Positions 17,673-26,501 of a stretch of DNA of 64,000 nt are shown in pieces. A program made the translations under genes and the position numbers. The notes below the pieces were generated by a model. That model saw only the letters and a program-made list of their open reading frames with translations. It searched no databases and was not told where the DNA came from. The DNA comes from Pseudomonadota bacterium. Lineage in GTDB: Bacteria > Myxococcota > JACRCW01 > JAFGSX01. Positions within the stretch are counted from its first letter, which is position 1; each line of letters opens with the position of its first letter. The stretch is taken from contig JBDRCO010000049.1 in assembly GCA_043821645.1 (NCBI GenBank), forward strand, positions 12,751-76,750, read 5' to 3'.

Positions 17673-20198
17673 ATGAGAATCCTTGCCACCGCGGCTCTTT
17701 TTTCTGTCTTCGCTACTACGGGCTGCACCGCCTGCGACAAGCCGCCGGACGACACCGCCACGATCGAGATCTCGGGCTCGGTTGAGAAAGGGCCTTTTCT
17801 GACCGGGTCCACCGTGTTCGTCACGTCGGTTGGGACCACTGGGAATGCCCATCTGACGCGCACCATCAACGATCAGGGGGACTTCAGACTGACCGTGCCA
17901 CAGCAGCTCGCCATTGATGCCGCCTGGAGGCCAACGAGGTGCGGGGGGAGCATGGGGGATACCGGGTGCTTCGAGGCTCCAGCGTTCATGGTTTTCGAGG
18001 CAAATGGCTTCTACTACAACGAGCTCACCGGAGAGCTCTCCAACGCCCCGATCACCCTGCGCGCGTGCCCGGTGCTGACCGGAACTGGAATGGAGATCGA
18101 CCCCGAAACAGAAACCGAAGTCCCCATTCCCGTACACCTCAATATCCTCACGCACCTCACCTTCGAGCGTAAAACGGGTTCAGATATCGCGAAGTACATC
18201 ACGCAGGACGGGCAACTCGTCTGTGGTGTTGTGCCCTCCACCGTGGCCGAGGCCGAGCTGCTGGTGGCTCTGCAAATTGGGCCGCCGGAGTATCGCCTCC
18301 AGAATCCGTGTGACGACATCGAGTCCCGCCTCCCGGACCTCGGCGAGAGCCGCGCGCACATCCTGGGTGGCGATACGGATGCGAACGCTTTCCTGCTGGC
18401 CGTGAGCGCGATCTTCGCGCAGGCCGCACAGGATCGCGGTGGGTCCTTCGATGCCACCCTGCAGGAGTTGCTGAACAACACCTCCCTGGACCTGGCAGAT
18501 GACGGGGAACTCAAGCCAGAGCTCGTTGCCGAGCTTCATGCGGCGGAGATGGCTCTCGACACCCGGGCGGTGATGGACCTGCTCTCTCTTCGCCTCGCGG
18601 ACATCGGCGCCCTGACGCCCGTGCCAGACATCGACCGCATCATCGATTCGGACCGCGATGGCCAGGTGAACTCGGAGGATTGCCGGCCACGCGACCCCGA
18701 CCGCTGGACCGGCCATGCCGACCTTGACAGCGATGGCCACGATGCACTGGGCTGTGGCGGCGACGACTGCGACGACGACAATCCACTGCGCTACACCGGT
18801 GCCACCGAAGTCTGCGACGCCAACGACGTGGACGAAGACTGCGACCCGTCGACCTTTGGCTTTCGCGACAGCGACGGTGATGGGGCTGCGAGCGCAGCGT
18901 GCTGCAACAGCGATGGCTTGGTTGAGGTGTGTGGCTCGGACTGTGACGACGCCAACAGCGTCGTGTGCCCGACCTGCACGGAGATTGACGGCAACAGCGT
19001 CGACGACGACTGCGACGGCGTGGTCGACGAGCTGGCGGGCCAGGAGGTGTGCAATCGCATCGATGACGACAACAATGGCTTCATCGACGAGGGGGTCCTG
19101 GTTGCGGCCAATCCCGTTGTCGTGGGCTCCATTCAGGGAGGCAACCTTGCGGTGACCGAAGGCGCCAGCGACTACGGGGTGGCCTGGCTCGACGCGGCGG
19201 CACGTCCCTTTGCCCACCGGGTCGGGTTCGACGGGATCGCAGATCCGTCGCACCTGGTGCAGATCGACGACGTCACGGTGGCCAATTTCGGTGTCGATGT
19301 GTGCTGGGATGGTCGGCACTACACCGTGGTGTACTCGGCAGACAGAAACGGGGACGGGCTGACCGAGGGCTACTTCGCGCGCGTTGACGGGAGCAGCGGA
19401 GGCGCGGGCGGACTGCTCGTGCCGCCGACACGCTTTGATGATCCGCTCTTTGGCGAACACACAACCAAGGGTCCGACTCGCGTTCGCTGCGCCTTCAGAT
19501 CGGGTGCAGACAAGGTCCTGGTGACCTGGCTCGAGCAAAAGGCCACCGAGAGTGATTTTGATCTCATCCGCTCGACCGAGCTTGTCGAGGCCGGTGGAAA
19601 CCTGCTGGTCGAACTAGGCGACGACGTCACGATCTTCGAAGACGGCAACTGGGTGCTTGGACACCCGGCCGTGATCGCCGGGGTCGTTGGCGCTTTCTCG
19701 GTCTGGGATGAAAGCTCTGCGAACAGCACCTGCTTCCGTCTGCACGGCAAGCGACTTGGCACGAGTCCGACCACCCTGCCTGTTTTCGAGGATGACTGTC
19801 AGGCCAAGGAGATCATACCCAGCCTCGCCCTTGACGAAGAGATCGGAACCCTGGCCGTTGGCTTCCGCAGAGTCGATGGCGCCACCACGACGGCTGGCCT
19901 GTCGCTGATCGACCTGGCGATGTCGACGGTCCCGCCTGCGATCACCATCAATGACGCCACCAGCGTCGTCGTGGCCAGTGCAGGCACCCAGGCTGTGGGC
20001 GCCCTGGCCCGCGGGTTGCCGGGAGCCCCGGAGCTTCGCCAGTACCGGAGCACGGACGGAGCCCAGCTTCCAGGTGGCGGGCTCGTCGTGGGAACCTCGA
20101 TGCAGCTGCTCCTGGGGCACAGGACAGGCTCGATACGCTACACCGCCTTTGGACTCGACGGGTCGGGCTTGAGCGTGCAGGATCTCACCTGCCCGTGA
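17673..20198 (+). CDS. secreted lipoprotein with MopE-like putative metal-binding (DxDGDG/DCDD) repeats
   Basis: ATG behind GGGAGG; signal with Cys; repeats DLDSDGH..GDDCDD, EVCDANDVDEDCD, EVCNRIDDDNNG. Confidence 0.85.
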   Translation: MRILATAALFSVFATTGCTACDKPPDDTATIEISGSVEKGPFLTGSTVFVTSVGTTGNAHLTRTINDQGDFRLTVPQQLAIDAAWRPTRCGGSMGDTGCFEAPAFMVFEANGFYYNELTGELSNAPITLRACPVLTGTGMEIDPETETEVPIPVHLNILTHLTFERKTGSDIAKYITQDGQLVCGVVPSTVAEAELLVALQIGPPEYRLQNPCDDIESRLPDLGESRAHILGGDTDANAFLLAVSAIFAQAAQDRGGSFDATLQELLNNTSLDLADDGELKPELVAELHAAEMALDTRAVMDLLSLRLADIGALTPVPDIDRIIDSDRDGQVNSEDCRPRDPDRWTGHADLDSDGHDALGCGGDDCDDDNPLRYTGATEVCDANDVDEDCDPSTFGFRDSDGDGAASAACCNSDGLVEVCGSDCDDANSVVCPTCTEIDGNSVDDDCDGVVDELAGQEVCNRIDDDNNGFIDEGVLVAANPVVVGSIQGGNLAVTEGASDYGVAWLDAAARPFAHRVGFDGIADPSHLVQIDDVTVANFGVDVCWDGRHYTVVYSADRNGDGLTEGYFARVDGSSGGAGGLLVPPTRFDDPLFGEHTTKGPTRVRCAFRSGADKVLVTWLEQKATESDFDLIRSTELVEAGGNLLVELGDDVTIFEDGNWVLGHPAVIAGVVGAFSVWDESSANSTCFRLHGKRLGTSPTTLPVFEDDCQAKEIIPSLALDEEIGTLAVGFRRVDGATTTAGLSLIDLAMSTVPPAITINDATSVVVASAGTQAVGALARGLPGAPELRQYRSTDGAQLPGGGLVVGTSMQLLLGHRTGSIRYTAFGLDGSGLSVQDLTCP

Positions 20199-20243
20199 GG
20201 CTCGGTGCTGCTTTGATCCGGGTCTTTGGTTGAAGCGCACACC

Positions 20244-20269
20244 AAAAAAACAGTGCGGTCCCAGCACTG
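20244..20269 (-). terminator. intrinsic terminator
   Basis: Minus strand CAGTGC-TGGGACC-GCACTG followed by T7, 12 nt after the kinase-remnant stop. Confidence 0.7.
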
Positions 20270-20281
20270 ACTCGAGCCTGA

Positions 20282-20790
20282 TCAACGTACCTGGCCCGAA
20301 GCCAGCCGAACCTCGAACCGCGTCCCATCTCCTTCTCGTGCCGTGCAGGTGGCCGTGCCGCCGTGCAGCTCGGCAATTTGCCGCACCAGAGCCAACCCCA
20401 GGCCCACACTGCTGTCCTCACCCTCGCTGTGACCCGCGGGTCTGTCGAAGGGCTCGAAGATGCGCTCGCGGTCCTACACCCACAGCAACACACCTCTGTC
20501 GACGGAGCAGGCGGTCTCCTCGACCTCCTGGTCCTGGCGTGGCGACGGGCGTTGAGGATGAAGATGCGCAGCAGTCGTCGGAGCAGGCGGGCATCGCCTC
20601 GGGCCTCTACCCTGCCTGCGCTCGCGGACCCGGGTTCGCCGGTGGCTCTGGCATCGCCCTCTGACGGGGTGCCCCCGGGCTGATCGCAGTGCACGTTCTC
20701 GCGCCTCGCCTCGTCTTGGAGCAACGCGGTCAGGTCCGAATGCGCGAAGGCACATTCCTGCTGGTCTGCCTGCAGGCGGCTGCACCCCAG
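20282..20790 (-). pseudogene. sensor histidine kinase remnant (HATPase_c)
   Basis: GDARLLRRLLRIFILNARRH (N box) in one frame; VDRG..., in-frame TAG at 20474-20476, then DRERIFEPF...VGLGLALVRQIAELHGG...GTRFEVRL in another frame. Confidence 0.85.
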
Positions 20791-20792
20791 CC

Positions 20793-21953
20793 TCAGGGTG
20801 CTGGATGGAATTCTCGAATGACGCCCAGGTATTCCTCGGCGAAATCGGAATTCACCGGCAACACCTTGCGGCTCCATTCCCAGGCTCGTTCGGGAAACCT
20901 CTGCGCGTCGACGCATCCCTGCGGCCCGAGCAGGTGATTGCGAGGTGGGTCGTAGATGTAGCTCACATCCAGGCCCTTCTCGTGCAGGCGCTGGACGATG
21001 GCGTCGCGATGGTCGGTGAAGAAAGGCACGACCAGGTTGCAGTACCGGGCAGAGTAGGCCGGCTCGCGTCTCTCCAGATCACACCGGGCGATGAGTGCGC
21101 GGTTGCGCGCGCTCTTGTCAGCGATCGTGCTCTCGAACGCGCGCAGCTTGTGCTGTATCGCCTGCACCATCACGGACGTGGGCTGCACAGCGTAGCGCTT
21201 TCCGTCGGACGAGAGCAGGTCATGCGTGCTCATCAGCGAGGCGTGCTGTGCCGGAACGAGAAGCTTCAGACGCTGCTCGACGTGTCGGGCTGAGATCTCG
21301 GGAGGACTGCGTGTCGCTGTTCGCGTGCGCAGTGCCTGCAGCACAGGCCGGACGGCCCTTCTGCCCCTCGCCGGGACGAGCATGCTCAACTGGCTCCATA
21401 TCCGTTCGCGGCGAGAAGGTCTGCTGCCTTCCCTGTGCACGGTGCGCTGTATCTCTTCCGCCACAGCGGCATCGCGGCTGAGCACGATACCTCCATGTAC
21501 CTGCAAAACCTTGCTGCAGCTCAGAATCGCAACATCGCCGACGGTTCCGACACGCGCTCCGTCCACCCGGGCCTCCACGACGTGGGCGCAATCCTCGATC
21601 ACGCGGAGCCCGTGTGGTCGGACGCGCTCGACGAGTTCCCCCACCCGGTCCGGTGTGCCGTAGAGATTGGTCGTGATCACACCCTTTGCCCGCGACAGCG
21701 TCTTCTTGTGCAGCTTGTCGATGTCCAGGTTCCCGGTGTCGGGGTCCACGTCCACGAACACAGGCAGGACTCCGGCCGCGAGCAAGGCCGTCACCACCAT
21801 CTTGCAGGTGATGGGCGAGAGCAGCACGCCGTCGCCTGGCCTGAACAGGCTCTTAACAACCGCGTACAGGCCAAAACGCGCCGAGGGAACAATGACCGGT
21901 GCTCGTCCGTACTCGGACATGAAATAGCGCTCGAGTTCCGGCGGTGCCTTCAT
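20793..21953 (-). CDS. DegT/DnrJ/EryC1/StrS family PLP-dependent aminotransferase
   Basis: PVFVDVDPDTGNLD, LYG.P, IEDCAH, G.VGDVAILSCSK (PLP Lys); start uncertain (21953 or 22070). Confidence 0.85.
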   Translation of the reverse strand: MKAPPELERYFMSEYGRAPVIVPSARFGLYAVVKSLFRPGDGVLLSPITCKMVVTALLAAGVLPVFVDVDPDTGNLDIDKLHKKTLSRAKGVITTNLYGTPDRVGELVERVRPHGLRVIEDCAHVVEARVDGARVGTVGDVAILSCSKVLQVHGGIVLSRDAAVAEEIQRTVHREGSRPSRRERIWSQLSMLVPARGRRAVRPVLQALRTRTATRSPPEISARHVEQRLKLLVPAQHASLMSTHDLLSSDGKRYAVQPTSVMVQAIQHKLRAFESTIADKSARNRALIARCDLERREPAYSARYCNLVVPFFTDHRDAIVQRLHEKGLDVSYIYDPPRNHLLGPQGCVDAQRFPERAWEWSRKVLPVNSDFAEEYLGVIREFHPAP

Positions 21954-22099
21954 CTCGCATCCACATCCAGCACACAACGGCGCTGCGTCCGACCGCCCTG
22001 CGAGGACCCGGCGTCGCGCCGCTGACACCGACGAAGCATAGCAGAGCACCCCGTGGTGCACGGCCCGCACCGCCCCCGCGCCGGGGCCGGTGTCTCAGA

Positions 22100-22265
22100 C
22101 GATCGACGCGTGCCCGAGATCGCTCGCCGTCCGCCGAACCCTTGCCCGGTGTTCTGGTCAGGCGATCGGGGGGCCGCCTTGGACCACACCCGCGACGACC
22201 CTGCGGGTACTCCTGCACCATGGCGGTCAATCGCTGGTCGTCGTCAATCATGAGCAGGCGTGGGG
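22100..22265 (-). pseudogene. OmpR-family response regulator N-terminal remnant, followed by a possible HAMP remnant
   Basis: RLLMIDDDQRLTAMVQEY right after the cpxP-like stop, then loss of similarity; frameshifted RLTR...DLG/ARVD resembles a HAMP. Confidence 0.6.
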
Positions 22266-22278
22266 CCTTGGGGCGATT

Positions 22279-22806
22279 CTACCGGTCGTGCTGGCTCTCC
22301 ATCCACTGCACCAGTTCCCGGCGCTGCGCCGGGGTCAGAACCTCGGCCACCCTGGCAACGCTGTCGGTGATCTCCAGGCTCACAGCCTGGGCGCGCTCGA
22401 GCTGCTGGGCACGAAAGCGCTCCAAGGCCTGGCGATCGATGGTGTCTGCGGTCAGCAGCGCATGCATCTCCTCTCGCATGCTGTCGTGCTCGCCACGCAT
22501 GGCCAGCATCTTGACCAGTTGCTCGTCGAGGATGGCCTGGATCTGAGTCTTCTGATCCTCGGTGGCATCGACCTTGGACAGGGCGCGCCCGACCATGAAC
22601 TCCATGTGGGCCCGCGCGTCCTCGGGGTCGACATTGCGGTGCCCCATGCCGAAGTGCCCGCGGGGGCCACCGGCGAAGCCTGCGACTCCGACCACCAGGG
22701 CCAGGGCGGTGCCCGCGGTCAGCAGCCCAAGGATCCAGCGGCGCAGGCCGCCCGGACGGTGGCGGGGGTGATCCTCGAGGGTTTTGTTGTCGGTGTTCGT
22801 GTTCAT
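22279..22806 (-). CDS. Spy/CpxP family periplasmic protein
   Basis: Signal/TM, ATEDQK and C-terminal VLTPAQR (LTxxQ) motifs; AAGGAG RBS. Confidence 0.88.
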   Translation of the reverse strand: MNTNTDNKTLEDHPRHRPGGLRRWILGLLTAGTALALVVGVAGFAGGPRGHFGMGHRNVDPEDARAHMEFMVGRALSKVDATEDQKTQIQAILDEQLVKMLAMRGEHDSMREEMHALLTADTIDRQALERFRAQQLERAQAVSLEITDSVARVAEVLTPAQRRELVQWMESQHDR

Positions 22807-22916
22807 CGTCGTCTCCTTGTTGCTGCGCGACGGTTCCGACGCAGGCTGCGTGGGCCCGGTGCGCGCTGTCTGGAGACCAAGGTAGGTCCCGGGCATTGCC
22901 CTGCTGTGTGGCCCGG

Positions 22917-22932
22917 GTGAAGTTTTATGAAG
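22917..22932. promoter_or_regulatory. tandem direct repeat, candidate OmpR/CpxR-type operator
   Basis: GTGAAG-N4-ATGAAG with 10-bp period upstream of the cpxP-like gene; candidate -10 TACCTT (minus) at 22879-22884. Confidence 0.45.
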
Positions 22933-23068
22933 CTCAGATGTCCCGGCCGCGGCCGCCTCGTGCTCTCATTCCCCGGGGCAGTTTCCTTTTCTCGACAAGG
23001 CCTCGATCCTATATCGATAGACGGGTGGGTCCGCGGCCCTCTCCTGGCCGCCGAGGTGAGGTCCGTCC

Positions 23069-25549
23069 ATGAGAATCCTGAGTTCGTGCGCGATGTTGGT
23101 CCTCCTGGCGGGCTGCCCCACCGAACAGACGCGTCCCCTGGACGATAGCCGGGCCTGCACTCCTGCCAACCACTGCCGCCTGGTCGACGGCGTGGCCGAG
23201 TGCGAGCCGGGCTACACCTGGAATGATCCCGACGAGTCCTCGGGGGATCTTCGCTGCGTGGCCGTCGTCGACGCGGGGGCGCCGGACAGCGGAGCCGCGG
23301 ACCTGGGCCCGTTCGATGTGCCAGCGCCGGACACCGCGGTCCAGGACGCGGGTGTGCCCTCCGACGCAGCGAGCGCAGACCTGTTGGTGGCGACCGATGC
23401 CTATGGCCCGGACCTGGCCGTGGTCAGCGATGCGGCCCAGCCCGACAACTGGGTGCCACCCACCGGGGCGCCAACCTTCGACCTGCCGTACCGCTACCCG
23501 GACTTGCCCGCGGGCTACCAGCTTCTCGACGACGTCAATGCCGACGGTCGCCTCGATGCGGTGCAGGTCGAGAGCTTCAACCCTTATGACTCCCTGAACC
23601 TGCGGATACAGCTCGCACAGGTGAGCGGCGGCTTCGCCCCCAGCTTCGAAGCCACGGTGGCAGGCCATGCCGGGCGGGTGCTGGCGGTGTGCGACTTCGA
23701 CGGTGATGGCAAGGTCGACCTGCTTCTCGGTTCTGGCAACAGGCCCGTCAGCTACCTGTTCACGAGCCTCGGTGCTGGCCAGTTTGCCACGCCACCCCAG
23801 GAGGTGAGCTACACCTATGGCGCGGACAGTTTTCGCGACTTCGACAGCAATGGTCGCTGCGACGTCCTTGAGCTGCAGGGTGCCTTTGGCTACTCCGCGG
23901 GTTCCGTGACCCTGCACCTGGCCCAGGCCAGCGGCGGTCCCATCGATGTGCTGGTCGACAACCTGCACTATGGCAGCACTGGCGTGGGAGACGTCGACGG
24001 CGATGGTCGTCTGGACCTGGTGCTGGCCGGTACGGGTTATCCCTACAAGCTGCTGGTGTATCGCCTGCTCGCCGACAATAGCCTGCAGCCCTGGGGCGGT
24101 GACATGGACTGCCCGAGCTGCAACGACGCGAGCCAGATCGTGGTGCGCGATCTGGACGGCGACGGCGACGGGGACGTGGTGCTGGGCGCCTCGGACCTGA
24201 CCGTATTCACCAATAGCGGCAGCACCCTGAGCGCGGCTGCCAGCCTGAGCGTGGACGACCCCCAGGCCCTGGCCGTGGCCGACGTGGACGGCGACAGTCA
24301 CCCCGACCTGATCGCCATCAGCCAGCCCGTACCCACCACTGCCAACGATGGCCTGGAGATCCTGTACGGCCCCGCCTACACGGACGTGCGGCGCTTCTAC
24401 AACCTGTCTGGCTCGCGTCGCATCTCACGCATCATCGACCACAATGGCGACGGCAAGCGAGATGTGATCCTGGACGACGAGCTGGTGTACGCCGGAATGG
24501 GGGGCCGCGAGCTCATGGCGCCGCGCTTGTCGCTGTGGCCCACTGCGAGCTCGAGTTTTTACTACGCCACGCGCTACTTCATCCTGGAAGCCGACGCCAC
24601 ACCTGGCCTCGAGGTGGCCTCGTCCATGCGCTCGTCCTTTCGCATGGCCCACGTGGGCTCGGACCTGCGCTTTGCCAGCGAGGCTGGTTGCAGCGGCTTG
24701 TTCGACGACAATGCTTTTCCTAACGCGGACCTCATCCTGAAGGACCTCACGGGCGATGGCCTGGTGGACCTTTTACTCGGCAATGACCAGGGTGCACACC
24801 TGCGGGTAGGGCAGGGCGGCTGCAGCTTCGGCGCAGAAGCTGTCATCGTGCCCAGCGCCTATGCGAGCTGGCTCGACGTCACCGGGGATGGTCTTGCCGA
24901 CGCGCTGTGGCATGCCAGCGGTACCCTGAATGTGGCCCTGGCCACGACCCCTGGGGTCTACGGCAGCGCCGTGACCTCGTTCCTGGCGGGTGACTACTAC
25001 AGCTACACGGCCGCCCCCCTGGACAGCGGCACGAGCATCGACCTGGTGCTGCTGGGCTACGACACCAACGCGTTCCTGGTCGCCACGGGCGATGGCGCGG
25101 GTCACTTCGTCAGCGCCGGGGCCCAGGCCATGGGCACGGCCTCGGATCGCATCGTCGATGTCGAGACCCTGGATTATGACGGTGACGGGGACGTGGACCT
25201 GCTGATGTCGCTCACGGGTACCGCGCCGCGGGTGGAGCTGTTGCGCAACGACGGCACCGCGCACTTCGCGATCGAGACCGTGCTGACGGAACAGGCTGGC
25301 TCCTACAACATGTACCTGGGCGTGTACGACTTCGATGGCGACGGTTCGCCCGAGCTGTGGGTGGACCAGGGTCGGGCCCAGGGTATCTTCGCCCTCGACG
25401 GCAGCGTGCCGGCCACTGCGTTGGCACGACTGAACCTGGACTTCGCCTGGCCTGCGGACGTCGATGGCGACGGCGATGCGGACCTGTGCTTCATCGACGA
25501 CTACGATGGCCGCGCTATCTTCGCGGTGGCGGCGAACCGGGCGCGCTGA
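23069..25549 (+). CDS. FG-GAP/VCBS repeat lipoprotein
   Basis: Lipobox LAGC, small Cys module, DAG linker, more than 12 DxDGDGxxD repeats. Confidence 0.9.
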   Translation: MRILSSCAMLVLLAGCPTEQTRPLDDSRACTPANHCRLVDGVAECEPGYTWNDPDESSGDLRCVAVVDAGAPDSGAADLGPFDVPAPDTAVQDAGVPSDAASADLLVATDAYGPDLAVVSDAAQPDNWVPPTGAPTFDLPYRYPDLPAGYQLLDDVNADGRLDAVQVESFNPYDSLNLRIQLAQVSGGFAPSFEATVAGHAGRVLAVCDFDGDGKVDLLLGSGNRPVSYLFTSLGAGQFATPPQEVSYTYGADSFRDFDSNGRCDVLELQGAFGYSAGSVTLHLAQASGGPIDVLVDNLHYGSTGVGDVDGDGRLDLVLAGTGYPYKLLVYRLLADNSLQPWGGDMDCPSCNDASQIVVRDLDGDGDGDVVLGASDLTVFTNSGSTLSAAASLSVDDPQALAVADVDGDSHPDLIAISQPVPTTANDGLEILYGPAYTDVRRFYNLSGSRRISRIIDHNGDGKRDVILDDELVYAGMGGRELMAPRLSLWPTASSSFYYATRYFILEADATPGLEVASSMRSSFRMAHVGSDLRFASEAGCSGLFDDNAFPNADLILKDLTGDGLVDLLLGNDQGAHLRVGQGGCSFGAEAVIVPSAYASWLDVTGDGLADALWHASGTLNVALATTPGVYGSAVTSFLAGDYYSYTAAPLDSGTSIDLVLLGYDTNAFLVATGDGAGHFVSAGAQAMGTASDRIVDVETLDYDGDGDVDLLMSLTGTAPRVELLRNDGTAHFAIETVLTEQAGSYNMYLGVYDFDGDGSPELWVDQGRAQGIFALDGSVPATALARLNLDFAWPADVDGDGDADLCFIDDYDGRAIFAVAANRAR

Positions 25550-25616
25550 AGGGCTGCATGATCCCACACCGGCTGGCCAGATGACTGAACCCTCGATCCC
25601 CGGTAACCTGCGCAGG

Positions 25617-26501
25617 ATGCGTCCGAGTTCAGCCCTTCTTCCCTTGCTCGTCCTGCTGGGGTCCTGCACCCCGCGCGGCGGGCCCTGCGTCGACGATGCG
25701 GACTGCCAGGGCGACCCCTGCTTGCACGATCTGGATCGCGGCGACCACTACTGCAGCGCTCTGTGCGAGGCCGACCACGACTGTCCCGAGCAGCAGCTGT
25801 GCGACGTGCGGATCACCGGCGCGCCCGGCGACCAGAGCGTGACCTCACTGTGCATCGAACGCGTGCGGCAGTGCGGCGAGGCCGAGGTTTGCAACGGGCT
25901 GGATGACGATTGCGATGGCGAGACCGACGAGAGCTGCACGGTGCAACTATGCGCTGCAGACGTGCACTGCGGCGGGCTGTGGACCTGCGCGCCTAGCTAC
26001 GAGTTACAGGACCTGGCCTGTCGCGCGCCTCTCCCGGGCTCCTCGCCCTTCGGCACGCTGTGTGTCGACAACACGACCTGTCCCAATGGCCTGTGCGACA
26101 CCGGGCGCTGTGCGCCACTGTGCAGCGAGGACGCAGACTGCGCGAGTGGCCAGCGCTGTGCGCGTCCCAGCTCCAGCACCAGCTCGCTCGCACATCAGAT
26201 CTGCCACGACCCCTGCGACTCGGAGACGCTGTGCGATCCCAGCATGGTCTGCACCTGGCGTGGTGACCCCGCGAACTGCCGATGGCGTGCTGTGTGCTCG
26301 CCGACCCGGGGCGCGCGAAATGTCGGCCAGAGTTGCCTCAGCCACGACGAGTGCAAGAGTGCGCTGTGCGTCGGGCGAATCTGCACACGGCCCTGCGCGG
26401 TCCAGATGGACTGTTCGCCACATGGATTGACCTGCGAGCCCGTGTATCTGAGCACCGATCCGTTGCGCTGCGATGTCACTGGCATGACGGTGTGCCAGTG
26501 A
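25617..26501 (+). CDS. Cys-rich repeat lipoprotein
   Basis: LLGSC lipobox; repeated CxxDxDC modules; EVCNGLDDDCDGETDE motif. Confidence 0.85.
   Translation: MRPSSALLPLLVLLGSCTPRGGPCVDDADCQGDPCLHDLDRGDHYCSALCEADHDCPEQQLCDVRITGAPGDQSVTSLCIERVRQCGEAEVCNGLDDDCDGETDESCTVQLCAADVHCGGLWTCAPSYELQDLACRAPLPGSSPFGTLCVDNTTCPNGLCDTGRCAPLCSEDADCASGQRCARPSSSTSSLAHQICHDPCDSETLCDPSMVCTWRGDPANCRWRAVCSPTRGARNVGQSCLSHDECKSALCVGRICTRPCAVQMDCSPHGLTCEPVYLSTDPLRCDVTGMTVCQ

Noticed and set aside
22279..22281. Response-regulator remnant in frame with the cpxP-like TAG, and an in-frame TAG in the kinase remnant (readthrough or recoding?)
   Set aside because: TAG is a normal stop in many genes here (rpsA, etfA), and the surrounding sequence is also frameshifted or deleted
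23500..25500. Recurring GACGGCGACGGC-type nucleotide repeats
   Set aside because: They encode FG-GAP DxDGDG motifs; not a CRISPR array or DGR template/variable repeat, and no reverse transcriptase is present
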